NCBI GenBank assembly: GCA_963677435.1 | Contig: OY781945.1 | Location: 1,568,001-1,632,000 of the forward strand | Length of the DNA: 64,000 nt | Source of the DNA: an uncultured Aliarcobacter sp. | GTDB taxonomy: Bacteria; Campylobacterota; Campylobacteria; Campylobacterales; Arcobacteraceae | Direction of reading: 5' to 3' | Shown here: in pieces, positions 58,238 through 64,000 of the stretch | How positions within the stretch are numbered: the stretch's first letter is position 1 | Layout of the letters: each line of letters starts with the position of its first letter | Notes under the pieces: generated by a model | The model's input: only the letters and a program-made list of their open reading frames with translations | The model's database searches: none | What the model was told of the DNA's origin: nothing | Position numbers and translations under genes: made by a program

Positions 58238-59794
58238 ATGGGTGAAGAAAACAAAAGAAGATTAGAACAACAGCTATGGAATATAGCAAATACCCTAAGA
58301 GGTAAGATGGATGCCGATGAGTTTCGGGATTATATCCTTGGATTTATCTTTTACAAGTATTTATCTGAAAAAATGGAAAGCTATGCAAATGACCTTTTAG
58401 AAGAAGATAAACTTATCTATACTTTGCTTGATGAAAAAAAAGATGCACAATACCTTGATGCTATCAAAGAAGATTCTATCGAACAACTTGGATATTTTTT
58501 AAAACCAAATGAACTTTTTTCAGCAGTGGCTCAAAGAGGAAATGGTGATACAAATAACTTTATACTTGAAGATTTAACTACGATTTTGAGAAATATTGAA
58601 TCTTCAACTATGGGACATGAGAGTGAAGATGATTTTGAAGATTTATTTTCTGATATTGATTTGACTTCTAAAAAGCTTGGACGAAGTGAAGAGCAAAAAA
58701 ACACTCTCATAGCAAAAGTTTTAGCTCACCTTGATAATATAAACTTTGAACTTAAAAACCACGACAGAGATGTTTTAGGTGATGCTTATGAGTATTTAAT
58801 CGCTCAGTTTGCTTCAAATGCTGGTAAAAAAGCAGGGGAGTTTTACACACCTCAAGCAGTTTCAAAAATACTTGCTAAAATCGTAACTTCGGGGAAAACA
58901 AAACTAAAATCAGTTTATGACCCAACTTGTGGTTCTGGTTCACTTCTTCTTCGTGTTGCAAAAGAGGTGAAAGATGTATCAAACTTTTATGGACAAGAGT
59001 TAAATAGAACTACATTTAACCTTGCTCGTATGAATATGATAATGCACGATGTTCACTATAGAAAGTTTGACTTAAAACAAGAAGATACACTAGAACACCC
59101 ACAACACTTAGATAAAAAATTTGAAGCGATTGTTGCAAATCCACCATTTTCTGCCCAATGGTCAGCAAATCCGCTTCACCTAAGTGATGATAGATTTTCT
59201 CAATATGGACGCCTTGCACCTTCTTCAAAAGCGGATTTTGCTTTTGTACAACACATGATTCATCATCTTGATGATAATGGAACTATGGCAGTAGTCCTTC
59301 CCCACGGTGTACTTTTTCGTGGAGGTGCAGAAGGACATATAAGAGAATATTTGATTGAAGATAGAAACTATCTAGATGCTGTTATTGGATTACCTGCAAA
59401 TATTTTTTATGGAACTTCTATTCCTACTTGTATTTTAGTTTTTAAAAAGTGTCGTGAAGATAGTGCTGATGTTTTATTTATAGATGCTTCAAAACATTTT
59501 GAAAAGGTAAAAAATCAAAATGTTTTAAGAGAAGAAGATATTGAAAAAATCATTGATACTTATACAAATAGAAAAGAAGAAGATAAATACTCATATAAAG
59601 CCAGTTTAGAAGAGATAAAAGAAAATGACTACAATCTAAATATCCCAAGATATGTAGATACTTTTGAAGAAGAAGATGTTATTGATTTGAATAGAGTTTC
59701 AAATGATTTAAAAGCTTTGGAAAATGAGATGAAAGCAACAAATGAAACTATTGAAGCTTTTTGTAGAGAATTAAATATCTCTACTCCTTTTTAG
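58238..59794 (+). CDS. hsdM: Type I R-M N6-adenine methyltransferase subunit
   Basis: LWNIANTLRG, GEFYTP, DPTCGSGSLL, NPPF, YNLNIPRY. Confidence 0.97.
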   Translation: MGEENKRRLEQQLWNIANTLRGKMDADEFRDYILGFIFYKYLSEKMESYANDLLEEDKLIYTLLDEKKDAQYLDAIKEDSIEQLGYFLKPNELFSAVAQRGNGDTNNFILEDLTTILRNIESSTMGHESEDDFEDLFSDIDLTSKKLGRSEEQKNTLIAKVLAHLDNINFELKNHDRDVLGDAYEYLIAQFASNAGKKAGEFYTPQAVSKILAKIVTSGKTKLKSVYDPTCGSGSLLLRVAKEVKDVSNFYGQELNRTTFNLARMNMIMHDVHYRKFDLKQEDTLEHPQHLDKKFEAIVANPPFSAQWSANPLHLSDDRFSQYGRLAPSSKADFAFVQHMIHHLDDNGTMAVVLPHGVLFRGGAEGHIREYLIEDRNYLDAVIGLPANIFYGTSIPTCILVFKKCREDSADVLFIDASKHFEKVKNQNVLREEDIEKIIDTYTNRKEEDKYSYKASLEEIKENDYNLNIPRYVDTFEEEDVIDLNRVSNDLKALENEMKATNETIEAFCRELNISTPF

Positions 59795-59803
59795 GATGTT
59801 GTT

Positions 59804-61015
59804 ATGAGTAATGTACCTAAATTAAGATTCAAAGAGTTTAGTGGGGAGTGGAGTAAAAACAAAATATCTATAAAGATAATATCAGGCAACACTTATCCTT
59901 TAGAAGCTTATAGCAGGGAAAAAGGTACTTTATTAGTGCAAGGTTTAAATATTTATCCTAATGAATTAGTATTGGATAAGCCTATTTATATTTCTTCAGA
60001 ATATCTTACAGGGAAAGATGTATTAGTAAAAAATGAAGATATATTGGTTGGATTAAATAGACCTATTATAGGTAAAAAATTAAAGGCTTGTTTATTTATG
60101 GAAGATAGTGCTGTGCTTTATCAAAGAGCAGGTATATTAGATTTTGATAAATCAAAACTACATAATAGATTTTTATTCCAATATTTATTTAGTCAATCAT
60201 TTATAAAACAACTTTTAGCAGAACTTGTTGGTTCAGATCAACCATATATTAAGTCTGATTTATTTAAAGTTACAAAAAACATCTTTCCCTCAAAACTAGA
60301 ACAAGAAAAAATAGCTTTTTTTCTAACATCAGTTGATACAAAAATAGAACAATTAACAAAAAAAGAAACATTACTTCAAGAATATAAAAAAGGTGTAATG
60401 AATAAAATATTTAATCAAGAGATTAGATTTAAAGATGATGATGGTAGTGAGTTTCCTGAGTGGGAAGAGAAAAGGTTGGAAGATTTAGCTCAAATAATTG
60501 GTGGAGGAACACCTGAAACAAGTAAAGAAGAATATTGGAATGGCGATATTCAATGGTTCACACCAACTGAAATAAAATTTGATTATGTTTCTGAAAGTAT
60601 AAGAACGATTTCCGAATTAGGATTAAAAAAATCTTCTGCTAAAATTTTACCAATAGGAACTATTTTATTAACAACTAGAGCAACAATTGGAGAAGTTTCA
60701 ATAGCTTTAAGAGAATGTACTACAAATCAAGGATTTCAATCTTTAGTAGTAAAATCTAATCATAGTAATATTTTTATTTTTAATTGGATTAAAAATAATA
60801 AGTATAAATTTATTTCAAAAGCAAATGGTTCAACATTTCCAGAAATTAGTAAATCAGAAATTGAGAAAATCAAAATTACTATTCCATCACTAAAAGAACA
60901 AACAAAAATAGCAAACTTCTTATCATCAATAGATAAAAAGATAGAATTAACAATAAAAGAGTTAAATTCTACAAAAGAGTTTAAAAAAGCACTTTTACAA
61001 CAGATGTTTGTGTAA
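59804..61015 (+). CDS. hsdS: Type I R-M specificity subunit
   Basis: Two TRDs separated by repeated conserved regions PKLRF..F..EW / PSKLEQEKIA.F....D and RF...FPEW / PSLKEQTKIANFLSSID; LLQQMF. Confidence 0.96.
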   Translation: MSNVPKLRFKEFSGEWSKNKISIKIISGNTYPLEAYSREKGTLLVQGLNIYPNELVLDKPIYISSEYLTGKDVLVKNEDILVGLNRPIIGKKLKACLFMEDSAVLYQRAGILDFDKSKLHNRFLFQYLFSQSFIKQLLAELVGSDQPYIKSDLFKVTKNIFPSKLEQEKIAFFLTSVDTKIEQLTKKETLLQEYKKGVMNKIFNQEIRFKDDDGSEFPEWEEKRLEDLAQIIGGGTPETSKEEYWNGDIQWFTPTEIKFDYVSESIRTISELGLKKSSAKILPIGTILLTTRATIGEVSIALRECTTNQGFQSLVVKSNHSNIFIFNWIKNNKYKFISKANGSTFPEISKSEIEKIKITIPSLKEQTKIANFLSSIDKKIELTIKELNSTKEFKKALLQQMFV

Positions 61016-61024
61016 AGGATAATA

Positions 61025-63934
61025 ATGAGCAGACAAAATGAAGCGATACTTGAAAATAACCTTATTAAACAACTTATTAGTTTAAAGTATGAAAAAGTAG
61101 ATATAAAAGATGATAAAGATTTAGAAACAAATCTTAAATCTCAACTAGAACTTCATAATAAAACAAGCATAAGTGAGAGTGAATTTAAAAAGATACTCAA
61201 CCACTTAAATGGTGGAAGTGTATTTGAAAAAGCCAAAAAATTACGAGATAAGTATGTTTTAACTCATGATGATGGAACGACTTCGTATATAGAGTTTTTG
61301 GATAGTGAACATTGGTGTCAAAACCTTTTTCAAGTAACAAATCAAATCAGTATAAATGGAACTTATAAAAACAGATACGATGTAACTCTTTTGATAAATG
61401 GTTTCCCACTTGTTCAAATAGAACTTAAAAGAAGAGGATTAGAACTCAAAGAAGCTTTTAATCAAATCAATCGTTACCAAAGACACTCTTATGGCTCAAA
61501 CAGCGCATTGTTTCACTATATTCAAATCTTTATTATTAGTAATGGTGTAAATACAAAATATTATGCCAACAACAAAAAACAAAGTTTCAAACAAACATTT
61601 TTTTGGGCAAGTAAAGAGAATAAAAATATTACAAATATAGAAAAGTTTACAAGCACATTTTTAGAGCGATGTCATATCTCTAAGATGATATGTAAGTATA
61701 TTGTTTTAGCTGAAGTTGATAAAATACTTATGGTTCTGCGACCGTATCAATTTTATGCGGTTGAAGCTATTATTGAGCAAGTAAATACTTCAAAAAGAAA
61801 TGGTTATATTTGGCATACAACTGGAAGTGGTAAAACTCTAACTTCATTTAAAACTGCACAAATACTTATGAAGTTGCCAAAAGTAGATAAAGTAGTTTTT
61901 GTAGTAGATAGAAAAGATTTGGATTTTCAAACAACAAAAGAGTTTAATTCATTTAGTGATGGAAGTGTAGATGGTACTGATAATACAAAAGCTTTAGTAA
62001 AACAGTTTGGTGATGATACTAAGTTAATCGTAACAACAATACAAAAACTAAATACAGCAATAAATAAAAAACAATACCTAGAAAAGATGGAAAAACAAAA
62101 AGATAAACACATTGTATTTATCTTTGATGAATGCCATAGAAGTCAGTTTGGTGAAACCCATCTAAATATCAATAAATTTTTTACAAACAATCAAATGATA
62201 GGATTTACAGGAACACCAATATTCCCTGAAAATGCTATGGGAAATAAACTGGGTAAAAGAACCACAGCAGACCTTTTTGATGATAGACTTCATAGATATG
62301 TAATAACAGATGCAATCAATGATGACAATGTCTTGAAATTCTCAGTTGAGTATATAGGAAGATATAAAGAAAAAGAGGGAAGTGCTACAAATATTGATAT
62401 TGAAGTAGAAGATATAGATAGGGAAGAACTACTACAAAGTGAAGATAGAATTGAAAAAATAGTAGATTATATTATCGCTAATCATGGAAGAAAAACTCAT
62501 AATAAAGACTTTACAGCAATGATGACGGTGAGTAGTGTTGAAATGCTTACAAAATATTATGAAACATTTAGAAGTAAAGAACACAATCTAAAAATAGCAA
62601 CAATATTCTCATATAGTGCAAATGAAGATGATAAAGATGCAAATGGTTTGTATGAATCAGATGGAGCACATATTGATGAAGAGCATATCAATAAACATAG
62701 TCGTGAAAAACTTGATGAGTATATAGCTGATTATAATAAGATATTTGGGACAAAATACAGTACAAAAGATAGTAAGACTTTTTATAACTATTACAATGAA
62801 TTATCAAAAAGAGTAAAAAAAGGTGAAGTGGATTTACTTCTTGTGGTAAATATGTTTTTAACTGGATTTGATAGTAAAAGACTGAATACTTTGTATGTGG
62901 ATAAAAGCTTAAAATATCATGGACTTATTCAAGCCTTTTCACGAACAAATAGAATACTTGATGAGAGAAAATCTCAAGGGAATATTGTTTGTTTTAGAAA
63001 TATCAAAAAAGCCACAGATGATGCTATTGCACTTTTTTCAAAAGAAGAAGCAAAAGATATTATACTTATGCAACCTTATGAAGAATATGTTATAAAGTTT
63101 AATGAAGCTTTTATAAATCTTATAAAAATAGCTCCAAGTGTTAGTAGTGTAGATAGATTAATAAGCGAAGATGATAAATTGGAATTTATCAAAGCATTTA
63201 GAGAATTGATGAGATTAAAAAATATCTTAGAAGGATTTAGTGATTTTAAATGGTCTGATTTATCTATGAGTGAGCAGATGTTTGAAGATTATAAATCAAA
63301 ATATCTTGATATGTATGAGAAAATAAAAAGTGAAAGAACTCAAGGAAGTGAAAAAGTATCAATACTTGAAGATGTAGATTTTGAACTTGAACTTATCCAT
63401 AAAGATGAGATAAATGTAGCATATATTTTAAAACTATTAGCAAAATACAAAGATTCAACAGAAGATGAAAAACAAAGACAACGAGATAATATCTCAAATA
63501 TTTTGACAAATAATCCACAACTAAGAAGTAAAAAAGAACTTATAGAGAAATTTATCAATGAAAACCTTTATTCAATTAATGAAGATGATATTGAAGATGA
63601 ATTTGATAAGTTTTGGGAAGAACAAAAAGACCAAGCATATAAAGAGTTGTGTAGTGAAGAAAATCTTGATTGTAAAGAAGTGCGAAAAGTTGTAGATAAA
63701 TATATCTATGAACAAAGAGTTCCTCTAAAAGATGAAATAGTACATACCCTAAAAGTAAAACCAAAACTTTTGGAAAGACAAAAAATCATACCAAGAGTTT
63801 TGAATAAAATTGTAACTTTTGTAGAAAAATTTTATGATGATATGGGGACACAAAGTAATATCGCATCAAATAGTGAGTATAACGCTATTGAAAATGAACT
63901 TTTAGTTGCAGAGATAAAACCAGAATATACCTAA
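61025..63934 (+). CDS. hsdR: Type I R-M restriction subunit
   Basis: RYD...QIELK nuclease motif, HTTGSGKT, DECHR, FTGTP, LTGFD, QAFSRTNR. Confidence 0.97.
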   Translation: MSRQNEAILENNLIKQLISLKYEKVDIKDDKDLETNLKSQLELHNKTSISESEFKKILNHLNGGSVFEKAKKLRDKYVLTHDDGTTSYIEFLDSEHWCQNLFQVTNQISINGTYKNRYDVTLLINGFPLVQIELKRRGLELKEAFNQINRYQRHSYGSNSALFHYIQIFIISNGVNTKYYANNKKQSFKQTFFWASKENKNITNIEKFTSTFLERCHISKMICKYIVLAEVDKILMVLRPYQFYAVEAIIEQVNTSKRNGYIWHTTGSGKTLTSFKTAQILMKLPKVDKVVFVVDRKDLDFQTTKEFNSFSDGSVDGTDNTKALVKQFGDDTKLIVTTIQKLNTAINKKQYLEKMEKQKDKHIVFIFDECHRSQFGETHLNINKFFTNNQMIGFTGTPIFPENAMGNKLGKRTTADLFDDRLHRYVITDAINDDNVLKFSVEYIGRYKEKEGSATNIDIEVEDIDREELLQSEDRIEKIVDYIIANHGRKTHNKDFTAMMTVSSVEMLTKYYETFRSKEHNLKIATIFSYSANEDDKDANGLYESDGAHIDEEHINKHSREKLDEYIADYNKIFGTKYSTKDSKTFYNYYNELSKRVKKGEVDLLLVVNMFLTGFDSKRLNTLYVDKSLKYHGLIQAFSRTNRILDERKSQGNIVCFRNIKKATDDAIALFSKEEAKDIILMQPYEEYVIKFNEAFINLIKIAPSVSSVDRLISEDDKLEFIKAFRELMRLKNILEGFSDFKWSDLSMSEQMFEDYKSKYLDMYEKIKSERTQGSEKVSILEDVDFELELIHKDEINVAYILKLLAKYKDSTEDEKQRQRDNISNILTNNPQLRSKKELIEKFINENLYSINEDDIEDEFDKFWEEQKDQAYKELCSEENLDCKEVRKVVDKYIYEQRVPLKDEIVHTLKVKPKLLERQKIIPRVLNKIVTFVEKFYDDMGTQSNIASNSEYNAIENELLVAEIKPEYT

Positions 63935-63935
63935 G

Positions 63936-63973
63936 AAACTATCTGATTATTTCAAAGAATAATCAGATAGTTT
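63936..63973 (+). terminator. Intrinsic terminator
   Basis: AAACTATCTGATTATT-TCAAAG-AATAATCAGATAGTTT right after the hsdR stop. Confidence 0.85.
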
Positions 63974-64000
63974 TACAAATTTGTAGCCTTCTTCTTTTAG

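Noticed and set aside
59804..61015. Invertible (shufflon-type) hsdS
   Set aside because: Single hsdS, with no second TRD cassette, inverted repeats or adjacent recombinase in the window.
278..63764. Many 60-137 aa ORFs antisense to or nested in long genes (e.g. 1734-2120, 18055-18417, 27924-28250, 45462-45827, 51679-52092, 57966-58157)
   Set aside because: Shadow ORFs of well-supported genes with no recognisable motifs. 57966-58157 begins at the TTG of the -35 box, upstream of the predicted TSS, so it is not a credible protein antitoxin.

Overview
AT-rich chromosomal window from a Campylobacterota genome. Gene order and protein sequences point to Arcobacteraceae (inference, not a database result). 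It is mostly core clusters: ubiX-coaD-tmk-hisS-speA-cysE; rplI-hslVU; tatD-mltD-rlpA-hisB-kdsC-lptCA-engB; mrdA-fliP; fliK; recD2-ppiD-ftsA-ftsZ; metX-xseB. Three accessory zones interrupt them. (i) 0.3-9 kb: orphan solute-binding lipoprotein plus histidine kinase, AraC/YbcL, aldA, TetR/HPP with a shared palindromic operator, and a degenerate Ddl-like ATP-grasp protein. (ii) 26.4-36.7 kb: transglutaminase pair, MocR plus a frameshifted flavin-binding gene, two orphan ORFs, and a split RND pump. (iii) 57-64 kb: defence-island-like block of radC, a PemK/MazF-like toxin and type I R-M hsdMSR. Best candidate for an undescribed system: the PemK/MazF-like gene has no protein antitoxin. Instead it is faced by a near-consensus convergent sigma70 promoter (TTGACA-17-TAAAAT, extended -10) that would transcribe a small structured RNA with a cUUCGg tetraloop hairpin and a 10-bp hairpin, a possible RNA antitoxin. 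Other notable items: tatD apparently starting at ATA, a resolvase-like protein lacking its catalytic Ser with palindromes upstream, and a symmetric pair of leaderless divergent promoters. I found no rRNA, tRNA, CRISPR array or IS element. Product calls come from motif recognition by eye.
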